Source of the DNA: a virus
Lineage: Duplodnaviria > Heunggongvirae > Uroviricota > Caudoviricetes
Strand: one strand, 5' to 3'
Virus record (IMG/VR): IMGVR_UViG_2671180724_000008
DNA: 64,000 nucleotides
Made by a program: the position numbers and the translations under genes. The notes under the pieces were generated by a model that saw nothing but the letters and a program-made list of their open reading frames with translations, was not told where the DNA came from and searched no databases. Position 1 is the first letter of the stretch. Each line of letters opens with the position of its first letter. Positions 37,724-46,514 of the stretch are shown here, one piece after another.

Positions 37724-40700
37724 ATGTGGTACAGGGAAGGTACTATCACATTTACACAGGGTAGCAATACTCTGGTTGGGGTTGGGACAGCCTGGAACGT
37801 AACAGCTAATGGTGTGTTGCCGGGGATGATCGTCATTGGCCCCGACAATAAGCTGTATGAGATCAAGCGCGTAACAAGCGATACGAATATTGTTCTCTCA
37901 GAACCTTATACCGGCGAAACTCAGTCTGAAGTTCCGTGCCGAATCATTACGACCTATGAAGGCGACTTAACACAGTTTAGCGCGCGCTTTACTGCGCTAA
38001 TGTCGCGTATGTCGGCTGATTCCAAGTCCATGCGCAGTTGGTTGACTGCTCTTGATGAGGTGACAATCGAGCGTGAAGACGGTACAGAAGTTACCGTTAA
38101 GCCGCTGATGCAGATCGTCAACGAGCACAACGAAAACGTTGAGTGGTATAAAAATAACACCGACGCGATTGACGCTGCTGGCGACAAAGCTCGTGAGGCG
38201 GCGGCCAGTGCTGCCGCAGCAGCAGAAAGCGCCAATACCGCTGGAGAAAAAGCCTCTCAAGCGTCTCAAAGTGCATCCGCTGCGGAATCCTCACAAAGTG
38301 CTGCAAGTGCGAGTGCAACTGCTGCGAAAAAATCTGAAACGAACGCAGAATCAGCATATGTCGCGGCAGCAGAATCAGCATCTGTAGCGTCGACTAAAGC
38401 ATCGGAGGCGGCCACATCTGCGTCCAGTGCCTCTGCATCTAAGGATGCGGCTAAAGCATCAGAGGCTAACGCTTCATCGAGTGCAAACGCGGCGGCATCA
38501 TTTGCAACAGAAGCTGAAAATTCGTCTAAGGCAGCAAAAGCGTCAGAGACAAACGCAAAAGCATCTGAAACGGCAGCCGGGCAGAGTGCATCGTCTGCAA
38601 ACAGTTCGAAATCTGCGGCAGAAGCGTCAGCAAGCGCAGCCTCAGCAAGTGCGGATAGTGCTTCATCAAGTGCAACTGCGGCAGGAAAATCTGCGGAAAG
38701 CGCGTCGTCATCAGCGGCAACAGCTACCGCAAAAGCGACTGAGGCGACGAATCAGGCTACAGCCGCTAAAAATTCAGCATCAGCAGCGAAAACCTCTGAA
38801 ACAAATGCAAAGTCTTCAGAAGACAATGCCGCTTCCTCTAAGACTGCGGCTGCTGAATCTGCAAGTTCTGCGTCAGCATCAGCCACCTCGGCGTCTGCTT
38901 CAAAGGATGAGGCGACCAAGCAGGCATCAGCTGCGAAGGGTAGTGCTTCAACGGCATCCACGAAAGCAACAGAGGCGGCAGGCAGTGCGACGGCTGCATC
39001 TCAGAGCAAAACTGCTGCTGAATCCGCTGCGACTCGTGCAGAAGCTGCCGCTGATCGTGCTGAAGAGATTGCCGGTGCAGTTGCGATGGAAGACGCAAGC
39101 CTTACAACTAAAGGTGTTGTGAAACTTAGCAGTGCTGTCGATAGCACCAGCGAATCACTGGCTGCAACTCCAAAGGCAGTTAAAGCTGCGAATGACAATG
39201 CGAATAGCCGATTGGCGAAGAACCAGAATGGTGCTGATATACCAGGTAAGGATACCTTCACGAAAAATATTGGCGCTGGGCGAGCATTTGGAGGCTCTGT
39301 AAGTACAACAGCAGGAAACTGGACTACGGCACAGTTTGTCGAATGGTTGGACTCTCAAGGGGCGTTTAATCATCCGTACTGGATGTGTAAAGGCTCATGG
39401 TCGTATGGCAACAACAAAATCATTACTGATACTGGTTGTGGCAATATTCATCTTGCCGGGGCAGTAATTGAGGTAATGGGGATAAAGTCAGCAATGACGA
39501 TCCGCGTTACCACACCAACAACATCTAGCGGTGGTGGTACTGCTAACGCTCAATTTACTTATATTAACCACGGGACAGATTATTCTCCAGGCTGGCGACG
39601 AGACTACAATACAAAATACAAACCTACGCCATCGGATATAGGTGCATTATCAACATCAGGAGGGACGGTTTCAGGTCCGTTGTCTGTTACTGGTGGATTA
39701 ACTGGTTCATTGAATGGCAATGCGAGTACCGCCACGAAATTGCAGACTGCAAGAACTATCGGCGGCGTGGCCTTCGATGGATCTGCGAACATAAATTTGC
39801 CTGGTGTAAACACGGCAGGTAATCAGAGCACTACTGGTAATGCCGCAACCGCTACAAAACTTCAAACGGCAAGAACGATTGGTGGCGTTTCATTTAACGG
39901 AACTGCCAACATCGACTTGCCCGGAGTTAACAAAGCTGGCAACCAAAGCACCACAGGTAATGCTGCTACAGCTACTAAATTGCAGACAGCAAGAACCATC
40001 GGTGGTGTAAGCTTCGATGGCACTGCGAATATTAATTTGCCTGGTGTTAATGCTGCCGGTAATCAGAACACTACCGGTAACGCGGCCACAGCGACCAAGT
40101 TGCAAACTGCTAGAACTATTAACGGGGTGTCGTTTAACGGCTCTGCGAATATTTCAATACCAACAATTACGTCCAGAGGACGCGTTACTGCGCTCACCGG
40201 TACAACACAAGGTGCTGCGACTGGATTGCAGATGTACGAGGCATATAACAATGGCTACCCTTCGACTTACGGGAATGTGCTTCATCTTAAGGGCGCAACG
40301 GCCGTTGGTGAAGGTGAGTTGTTCATAGGTTGGAGCGGTACAAGTGGTGCTCATGCGCCTGTACATGTACGTTCGCGACGAGATACGGATACATCCAGTT
40401 GGTCTGAATGGGCGCAAGTTTATACGTCCAAAGACTCTATTCCAGGTGTCAATGCCACCGGTAATCAGAACACTACTGGCAACGCAGCCTCTGCAACGAA
40501 GTTGCAGACAGCCAGAACAATTGGAGGTGTGTCGTTTAATGGTACCGCCAATATTAACTTGCCGGGTGTTAATATAGCGGGTAATCAGAATACGACTGGT
40601 AACGCAGCTTCAGCCACGAAGTTACAAACGGCTCGTACCATCGGTGGTGTTAGTTTTAACGGTACAGCCAATATTAACTTACCTGGTGTGAATACGACCG

Positions 40701-41251
40701 GTAATCAGAACACTACTGGTAATGCTGCAACCGCCACAAAATTGCAGACAGCAAGGAAAATTGCTGGTGTTGCGTTTGATGGCTCTGCCGATATAACTTT
40801 GACTGCGGCTAACCTTAATGCTTATACGAAAACAGAGGTAACAAACCTTCTAAGTTCCTATGTGAAGAGCAGTGCTCTTCCAAGCATGACTGTGCGAACT
40901 TCCTCTGTATCAGGTGGGGATATGGGCATGAGTTTGTCTGCGTTCATTAGCCACCTTAAATCAAATGGAGCGTTTAGCAAAAGTTATTGGATTGGCTTTG
41001 GCGATGCTATGGGATTCAATGCTGGTAGTATCAACAATATAACGGGATTTGGTGCTGTAGAATTAGCAGAATCTATAATCGAAGTTTTTAATCTACCTAA
41101 CGGTGATTATACAATTCGTTTAACAACATCACATAAAGCTGACTACGGTGGAGTTACAAACGCAATCCTCGTTTATCACTACCGTAGTAATAGAAGTCCG
41201 TCAGGTCAATGGCTGAAATTTGCCGGTACTGTTGGGGCAACAAGCAACTGA
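37724..41251 (+). CDS. Tail fibre protein
   Basis: 1175 aa; Ala/Ser-rich low-complexity segment (~38150-39100), then about 8 tandem ~35-aa repeats GNQ(N/S)TTGNAA(T/S)ATKLQTARTIGGV(S/A)F(N/D)G(T/S)ANI.LPGVN, distinct C-terminal domain. Confidence 0.85.
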   Translation: MWYREGTITFTQGSNTLVGVGTAWNVTANGVLPGMIVIGPDNKLYEIKRVTSDTNIVLSEPYTGETQSEVPCRIITTYEGDLTQFSARFTALMSRMSADSKSMRSWLTALDEVTIEREDGTEVTVKPLMQIVNEHNENVEWYKNNTDAIDAAGDKAREAAASAAAAAESANTAGEKASQASQSASAAESSQSAASASATAAKKSETNAESAYVAAAESASVASTKASEAATSASSASASKDAAKASEANASSSANAAASFATEAENSSKAAKASETNAKASETAAGQSASSANSSKSAAEASASAASASADSASSSATAAGKSAESASSSAATATAKATEATNQATAAKNSASAAKTSETNAKSSEDNAASSKTAAAESASSASASATSASASKDEATKQASAAKGSASTASTKATEAAGSATAASQSKTAAESAATRAEAAADRAEEIAGAVAMEDASLTTKGVVKLSSAVDSTSESLAATPKAVKAANDNANSRLAKNQNGADIPGKDTFTKNIGAGRAFGGSVSTTAGNWTTAQFVEWLDSQGAFNHPYWMCKGSWSYGNNKIITDTGCGNIHLAGAVIEVMGIKSAMTIRVTTPTTSSGGGTANAQFTYINHGTDYSPGWRRDYNTKYKPTPSDIGALSTSGGTVSGPLSVTGGLTGSLNGNASTATKLQTARTIGGVAFDGSANINLPGVNTAGNQSTTGNAATATKLQTARTIGGVSFNGTANIDLPGVNKAGNQSTTGNAATATKLQTARTIGGVSFDGTANINLPGVNAAGNQNTTGNAATATKLQTARTINGVSFNGSANISIPTITSRGRVTALTGTTQGAATGLQMYEAYNNGYPSTYGNVLHLKGATAVGEGELFIGWSGTSGAHAPVHVRSRRDTDTSSWSEWAQVYTSKDSIPGVNATGNQNTTGNAASATKLQTARTIGGVSFNGTANINLPGVNIAGNQNTTGNAASATKLQTARTIGGVSFNGTANINLPGVNTTGNQNTTGNAATATKLQTARKIAGVAFDGSADITLTAANLNAYTKTEVTNLLSSYVKSSALPSMTVRTSSVSGGDMGMSLSAFISHLKSNGAFSKSYWIGFGDAMGFNAGSINNITGFGAVELAESIIEVFNLPNGDYTIRLTTSHKADYGGVTNAILVYHYRSNRSPSGQWLKFAGTVGATSN

Positions 41252-41341
41252 TTTAGACATTATTTCTAATAAGGATAATTTATAAGATGGTTGTGAGGTC
41301 GATAAATATGGCCTCACAACCGCAGTTATAAGGATATATTT

Positions 41342-41596
41342 ATGAGCTATGGTGCACAGGTTTGGTCGCCATCAAGACAGGAGATGGTCGATGCGTTGGC
41401 CCCTGTTTATTACCTCGATTATTTTACTCCCTCTGGTTCTGGAAGTAGAACATATGATGTTGAGGCGGGATTGGGAATCGACTATTACATAATGGACGTA
41501 ACCAATGGGAAATACACAAGTCTTACGGTTTCTGGAAATACCATTTCATGGTCTGGAGCTAGTGGTAATTTAAACATATTGGTTTTTCAAAAATAA
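41342..41596 (+). CDS. Hypothetical protein (post-fibre, low GC)
   Basis: 84-aa ORF; AT-rich. Confidence 0.45.
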   Translation: MSYGAQVWSPSRQEMVDALAPVYYLDYFTPSGSGSRTYDVEAGLGIDYYIMDVTNGKYTSLTVSGNTISWSGASGNLNILVFQK

Positions 41597-42204
41597 TGTA
41601 CGGAAGCAAGATATATCGATCTGACGGGAAGGTCTGGATGTCTCCTTCTTTGTCTCCTATCGTTTTTCAGAGAAAGCAGGTTGTTTCTTTATCCGGCGGG
41701 ACAGAGTTTAACACCCAAATATCTCCAGATCGTTCACCGATGATTTTTGTTGCCTATTCGAAAGCTGTTTCATTAATAGCCAACAGAATAGTGCGTAACA
41801 ACCAGGTGATTTACAGTTTCGGAGGTCAGGGTAGCGACTCTAGTGCCACGATATACGTATTTTCGAAAGGTATAGCCAAAAAAGAAACTTGGGGCATGAG
41901 TTTTTTCAATGCACAAGGGGAGGAAATCTATAATACGGCAAATATCCCACTTTCATTTACCTTTCTTAATAATACGGAGTGGAACAGCTCTGGAGGGCAT
42001 GTTTTTGATTACCCACCAGCGATAATCCCAACGTATGCGAATGTGTTCGCTGTTCCAGTACCGGGCGGAGCCATGACAATGGTTTATGGATATGCGGCAT
42101 ATGGAAATACTGTTAGCTCGATATTCGTAAACCAACTTAATGGCGGCCATAGTTTTAGCGTAAATGGCAGAGTACCGGTAATAAATAGAAATCTGTATAA
42201 CTGA
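41596..42204 (+). CDS. Hypothetical protein (post-fibre, low GC)
   Basis: 202-aa ORF; ATGT overlap with upstream gene. Confidence 0.5.
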   Translation: MYGSKIYRSDGKVWMSPSLSPIVFQRKQVVSLSGGTEFNTQISPDRSPMIFVAYSKAVSLIANRIVRNNQVIYSFGGQGSDSSATIYVFSKGIAKKETWGMSFFNAQGEEIYNTANIPLSFTFLNNTEWNSSGGHVFDYPPAIIPTYANVFAVPVPGGAMTMVYGYAAYGNTVSSIFVNQLNGGHSFSVNGRVPVINRNLYN

Positions 42205-42211
42205 TGAGTAA

Positions 42212-42445
42212 ATGATGAAAAGATTATTTCTAACAATAGCTGTTGTTCTCTCTCTTACTGGCTGCCAGAAATTGCCGACACCTATATGTTATGGTGAGGC
42301 TATCATTGGTGGACAGGAGACTGTCATACCTATATATGCTGTTAAAAAAGTGAACGACTATACCTTATACAAAGCGGGTAGCATCTATAACTGGCGATGG
42401 GTTGGAGTAGGTGCTTTCTCATCAGTCCGTTGCAATGCTGAATGA
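42212..42445 (+). CDS. Small lipoprotein (candidate superinfection-exclusion protein)
   Basis: Signal peptide with lipobox LTGC; location immediately downstream of receptor-binding genes. Confidence 0.55.
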   Translation: MMKRLFLTIAVVLSLTGCQKLPTPICYGEAIIGGQETVIPIYAVKKVNDYTLYKAGSIYNWRWVGVGAFSSVRCNAE

Positions 42446-42514
42446 TAGGTAAGTACACACCTACAACAAAAGGGTGAAATGTGATATAAATCCGCCATCC
42501 CGATTTGACTTTTC

Positions 42515-42850
42515 ATGGAGGAAAACATGTCGAACGAGATGGCGGGCGTTACAACAGAGCAAGTTGAGCGTATTGCCGCGATCGTTGCTCGGGAGGTTGT
42601 TGGCAAATTAGGTAAAGAGCTACGTGAAGAAATTGGCCAGGAGGTCAATGATCAGCTGAAAACCTACTTTGGTGATATGACCCCGGCGCAACATAGTATT
42701 CAACACTCCAATCTGGACAAACTCCTTAACCGGTTAGATTCCATCTCAAGTGGGTTCTTTGGCGGCATTGTTTCTAAAATAACGTCGTTCATTATTACCG
42801 CACTGCTTTTGGGGTTAGCCGCGTATGGCGTAAAAAATGGACTGCAATAA
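42515..42850 (+). CDS. Tail-anchored membrane protein (possible holin or lysis regulator)
   Basis: Soluble N-terminal part and single C-terminal transmembrane helix; precedes the endolysin-like gene. Confidence 0.35.
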   Translation: MEENMSNEMAGVTTEQVERIAAIVAREVVGKLGKELREEIGQEVNDQLKTYFGDMTPAQHSIQHSNLDKLLNRLDSISSGFFGGIVSKITSFIITALLLGLAAYGVKNGLQ

Positions 42851-42863
42851 CAGGAGATCAAGG

Positions 42864-43556
42864 ATGAAGACTCCGAGAGGCATTCGTAATAATAACCCCG
42901 GTAATCTTGATAAAGGATCACCGTGGCAAGGTCTGGTTGTGAATCCAGACGAACCGCGCTTTTGCACGTTTAAAGACCCTGTTTGGGGGATTCGTGCGCT
43001 GGCGGTGACTCTAATTACCTACCACGACAAACGTCGCGCAAAAGACGGCTCAAGTATCGATACCATTCGTGAAGTTATTGAACGTTGGGCACCGCCGAAT
43101 GAAAACAACACTGACGCCTACATTAATGAGGTGTCTAAAGCCGTTGGTGTAACCGCAGACATGATCATCGATCTGCATGATTACGACATCCTTCGACCTT
43201 TGGTTGAGGCAATCATTCGCCACGAGAATGGTCGAGGTCCACTAAAAACGCTGAATACCTGGTATGCGGCAGAAGTTATTGAGGAAGGTCTGCGTCGAGC
43301 TGGCGTCGTTAAGCCGGTGAAAACCGTGAAGGCTGTTCCTGTAACTAAAGAAACAGCAGGCGCAACTGTCACAGCAGGTATTGGTCTGGCGCAGCTTGCC
43401 GATGTTATGCCGCAGGTTTCCGCTGCTATGGATAAGGCACAAGGTCATATCTCTAGCGGGGATACAGTACGCATCATCTTCGGTATTGCCACTATTGTTG
43501 TGGCAGGATTCATTGCCTGGTCGCAGGTAAGAAAACACCAGAAAGGGATGGTCTAA
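42864..43556 (+). CDS. Putative endolysin/peptidoglycan hydrolase with C-terminal hydrophobic segment
   Basis: N-terminal RNNNPGN-type motif (recalled from phage muramidase-like proteins, unverified); position immediately upstream of spanins; caggag RBS. Confidence 0.5.
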   Translation: MKTPRGIRNNNPGNLDKGSPWQGLVVNPDEPRFCTFKDPVWGIRALAVTLITYHDKRRAKDGSSIDTIREVIERWAPPNENNTDAYINEVSKAVGVTADMIIDLHDYDILRPLVEAIIRHENGRGPLKTLNTWYAAEVIEEGLRRAGVVKPVKTVKAVPVTKETAGATVTAGIGLAQLADVMPQVSAAMDKAQGHISSGDTVRIIFGIATIVVAGFIAWSQVRKHQKGMV

Positions 43557-43557
43557 T

Positions 43558-43809
43558 ATGCTAGGCAGCCTGATGACAAAGCTAAAAGTTGCTTTGATTA
43601 CGCTGGCTGCCGTTCTTTTCGTTCTGGTCGGCGCTTACACGATGGGCGGAAATGCGGCGCGACGAGCAATGGAAGAGAAGGCAAAACAGGAAGACAGGAA
43701 ACGACTTCAAAGCACATTGGACGTCAAAAATGAAACACTTGATGAGTTACGGAGCAAGGATGCTTCTACTGTTCATCATGAGTTGCACAATAAGTGGTTG
43801 CGTGATTAA
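43558..43809 (+). CDS. i-spanin (Rz-like)
   Basis: N-terminal transmembrane helix followed by charged coiled-coil periplasmic domain. Confidence 0.6.
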   Translation: MLGSLMTKLKVALITLAAVLFVLVGAYTMGGNAARRAMEEKAKQEDRKRLQSTLDVKNETLDELRSKDASTVHHELHNKWLRD

Positions 43810-43960
43810 GCCTCAACCCGCTGGTGTGCTTTTCTGCGATGCGGCTACACCGCTATACATCAGCCGTGATGATCTCATGACCGAAGAGACTGAAAGAGAG
43901 GTGCTTTTTCACAATATGATAGGGGAGCGATTGTGTGGATGGGGCAGAAAAGTACCCTAA
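43730..43960 (+). CDS. o-spanin (Rz1-like lipoprotein), overlapping Rz in the +1 frame
   Basis: Signal peptide with lipobox ISGC; gene starts inside the Rz-like gene in a different frame. Confidence 0.55.
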   Translation: MKHLMSYGARMLLLFIMSCTISGCVIKPQPAGVLFCDAATPLYISRDDLMTEETEREVLFHNMIGERLCGWGRKVP

Positions 43961-44137
43961 CAGAAGAGGAGTTTTCTAACATAAAATTTGCATATTATTA
44001 GAGCACAAGGTAGATTTGGCACATGGATGTCAAGTAAATCATCCCTTGCATTAATGCTGCGACGCATACTCGTAGCCTCTAAACCCTGACAAGGGTCGCC
44101 GCTATGACATTAAGTTAATACCGGCTAAGGTGGACAC

Positions 44138-44521
44138 ATGCTGAACGAAAAACGTTCTATACAAACAATTCGCGATTGCACGAGTGTTATCGCAACTCAT
44201 GTGCTGAATAAGCGCAAACTTGAGGTGCGTAAACTTAACAACGATGCGACTGCGCCAAAAGACACTCGCTTCATCGTAACTTTCAAAGACGATGTTGAGA
44301 ATGCTGGTGCCAGTGTAAAACCGTTGGCTGAAGCGATTTTCCTGAACGATCGTGTTCGTTTCATTGTGAAGCCAGCAAAACAATACCCTGAATTAGCACG
44401 GTTTAGTGACCAATTCTCTGAAATTATTGAGAGTGCAATTCGCCGCTTTCTTAATACTCATGGTAGCATTGTCAGCAATACAACTGCTGATGGTACTGCT
44501 CTAAGATGGCACCTACACTAG
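44138..44521 (+). CDS. Hypothetical protein
   Basis: 127-aa ORF after lysis cassette. Confidence 0.5.
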   Translation: MLNEKRSIQTIRDCTSVIATHVLNKRKLEVRKLNNDATAPKDTRFIVTFKDDVENAGASVKPLAEAIFLNDRVRFIVKPAKQYPELARFSDQFSEIIESAIRRFLNTHGSIVSNTTADGTALRWHLH

Positions 44522-45258
44522 AACGCACATACTCTAAAAATCTTTATGAGTTTCCTCACCGTGGGGAAACTCGCGTTTCACGTTTTGGCTACCTCATCAA
44601 CGAAGCATCGCTTTTCAAAATATCTGAAATAACCATTATCGAGCCTGATGATGATATCTGTCTGTATATCCTGATGGAGAAAGTTGGAGCACGAGATCAG
44701 GGTGAACTGATGGACTTCATTCTGGACAGAGGCGAAGATGGAATGTCTGATTCGGACATTATTCAAGCAATTCTGCGTTCCGACATGCTCGATCAGAGCA
44801 GAAACACGATAGCAGGCAGAATTGCATTGCGTGAATACACATTCATCGAGGATGGGGTAGAGATTGACTGCTATCAGATTGCAGGTGTTGAAACAGAAAG
44901 AGCAATAAGGCAAAGGGGACTGTGCAACCTCACGTATCGCTTCCTCCTTCATTGGTACGAACATCTTGTCTGTGATTACAATCAGACCATTCCTGGCGCA
45001 AAAATCTGGGCCGGTCCATTAATGCGAACAGGTGATGTAAGAATTTACAACGCAAAAACTGAGACGTTCGAGGATGTGTTAGGCGAATATGGGATGGGAA
45101 AAGAAACCGGCTTTTTGCCGTGGAACAGAGGATTGTTACTTGATCCAGAATTAAGCTCTTGGTTTCCAAATAAGGTGCAAGTTAACGTTGAGAAATTTAT
45201 CGTACTTATCATCTCCCGCAAAACAAGAACCCCAGTTGGTTTATATCTAAAAGATTAA
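44506..45258 (+). CDS. Hypothetical protein
   Basis: 250-aa ORF; no recognisable motif. Confidence 0.5.
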   Translation: MAPTLERTYSKNLYEFPHRGETRVSRFGYLINEASLFKISEITIIEPDDDICLYILMEKVGARDQGELMDFILDRGEDGMSDSDIIQAILRSDMLDQSRNTIAGRIALREYTFIEDGVEIDCYQIAGVETERAIRQRGLCNLTYRFLLHWYEHLVCDYNQTIPGAKIWAGPLMRTGDVRIYNAKTETFEDVLGEYGMGKETGFLPWNRGLLLDPELSSWFPNKVQVNVEKFIVLIISRKTRTPVGLYLKD

Positions 45259-45382
45259 CAATTAGGCGACTTCTGTCGCCTTTTTTGTTAACAGCCATTG
45301 ATTCTCGCCTAAAAATTCTAAGGCAGCACCTACCATTTAACCTTTACACAGCAGCCGTAGGCATTTAGGCTATATCACATAT

Positions 45383-45399
45383 AAGAAAACAAGTTGTTT
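45383..45399 (+). promoter_or_regulatory. Operator motif agaaaacaagttgtttc upstream of parA-like gene
   Basis: Member of the early operator family. Confidence 0.5.
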
Positions 45400-45434
45400 C
45401 AGACAATAATAATAGACGCAAAGGGAACTCTCCA

Positions 45435-46103
45435 ATGACCAAGATCTTTGTGGTTGGCGGCACAAAGGGCGGGCCTGGCAAATCCACTGTTGCCCAGCAA
45501 ATTGCCGTTTGCCTGAAAGTCAAAAAGAAGAAGAAGGTTTATATCACTGATATAGATATTCAGCGCACGACAACAAGCTGGTGTGAAGACCGTCGACAGA
45601 ACGAAGACCTTGAGCTGATTCCTTTTGCCTACGTTCAGGATGACATCATTAAGCACCTAAAATCGCTTCAGGGTAGAGCTGAGTTTGTAGTGGTAGATGC
45701 TGGTGGCTTTGACTCCGAAATTCAGCGACAAGCGATGCTGATGGCCGACGTTATCATTATCCCGCTGCGTCCTAAGCGTCGTGATTTGAAATCTCTGCGT
45801 GACATCGATCCTATTATCGACAATGTTCGTAATGTAAACGATAAAGTGAAGGTCCGCGCGGTCATGAACCAGTGCCCGGCTTTGCCATCACAAGTGTCTC
45901 GCATTCTGGCGGCTAAAGAGATTGTCGAGACGTTTGGCATCGAGTCTGCGCCAGTCAATCTATATAACCGCAACGTCTACGATGATGCGGAAGAGTCTGG
46001 TCGTTCTATCTTCGAAATGACCGGTAGCGAGCGCGACAAAAAGGCTGAAGCCGAGTTTGAAGAATTTGTAGATTATCTGTTGAGTCTGGAGGAAGAAGAA
46101 TAA
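45435..46103 (+). CDS. ParA/MinD-family partition ATPase
   Basis: Deviant Walker A GGTKGGPGKST; small ParA size typical of type Ib partition systems. Confidence 0.8.
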   Translation: MTKIFVVGGTKGGPGKSTVAQQIAVCLKVKKKKKVYITDIDIQRTTTSWCEDRRQNEDLELIPFAYVQDDIIKHLKSLQGRAEFVVVDAGGFDSEIQRQAMLMADVIIIPLRPKRRDLKSLRDIDPIIDNVRNVNDKVKVRAVMNQCPALPSQVSRILAAKEIVETFGIESAPVNLYNRNVYDDAEESGRSIFEMTGSERDKKAEAEFEEFVDYLLSLEEEE

Positions 46104-46462
46104 TGTCCATGAAAATGGGTGACCTAGCAAAGCGCAAAGAGCCTGATGCACCGGCTAAGAACACAACTCCTTTGCGCCAACCAGTCAGACCACAGGGACG
46201 CCCGACTCGTGGCAAAGAGAAAATTAAGAGCCGCACGATGTCACTGGAGGACGAATACTTCGAACTGCTGGAGATGATGAAGTTCATCCCTCGTTTCGAG
46301 AAATTCACCCGTTCAGACGTGATTCGCGCAGCCATTTTCCATCTGGCAGAGAAGTCACCGCAGGAAATCGAGGACATCGTGAAACTTAACGAGGCGATCA
46401 CAGCTGCCGATGTCACGATGCGTACCGATGAAATCAAACGAGAGTTGATGAAAAAAGGTTAA
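46103..46462 (+). CDS. Ribbon-helix-helix centromere-binding partner (ParG-like)
   Basis: Basic disordered N-terminus, C-terminal RHH-like segment; ATGT overlap with parA-like stop. Confidence 0.55.
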   Translation: MSMKMGDLAKRKEPDAPAKNTTPLRQPVRPQGRPTRGKEKIKSRTMSLEDEYFELLEMMKFIPRFEKFTRSDVIRAAIFHLAEKSPQEIEDIVKLNEAITAADVTMRTDEIKRELMKKG

Positions 46463-46466
46463 AAAT

Positions 46467-46500
46467 CATGCATTGGCGCAATGTACGCGCCAATGCATGA
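46467..46500. repeat. Perfect 14-bp inverted repeat tcatgcattggcgc / gcgccaatgcatga (7-nt loop) between convergent genes
   Basis: Read directly; A-run upstream makes it a plausible terminator for the minus-strand gene. Confidence 0.7.
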
Positions 46501-46514
46501 CTACAGTGTCAGCT

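Noticed and set aside
38427-39122. 231-aa Gln/Arg/Leu-rich ORF (and several antisense ORFs) within the tail fibre Ala/Ser-rich segment
   Set aside because: Alternative-frame reading of GCN/AGC-rich repeats; the in-frame tail fibre ORF is continuous across this region.
39700-40800. Possible CRISPR-like array suggested by regularly spaced ~105-bp repeats
   Set aside because: Repeats are in-frame within the tail fibre gene and encode a conserved peptide unit; spacing and length do not fit CRISPR repeat/spacer architecture; no cas genes.
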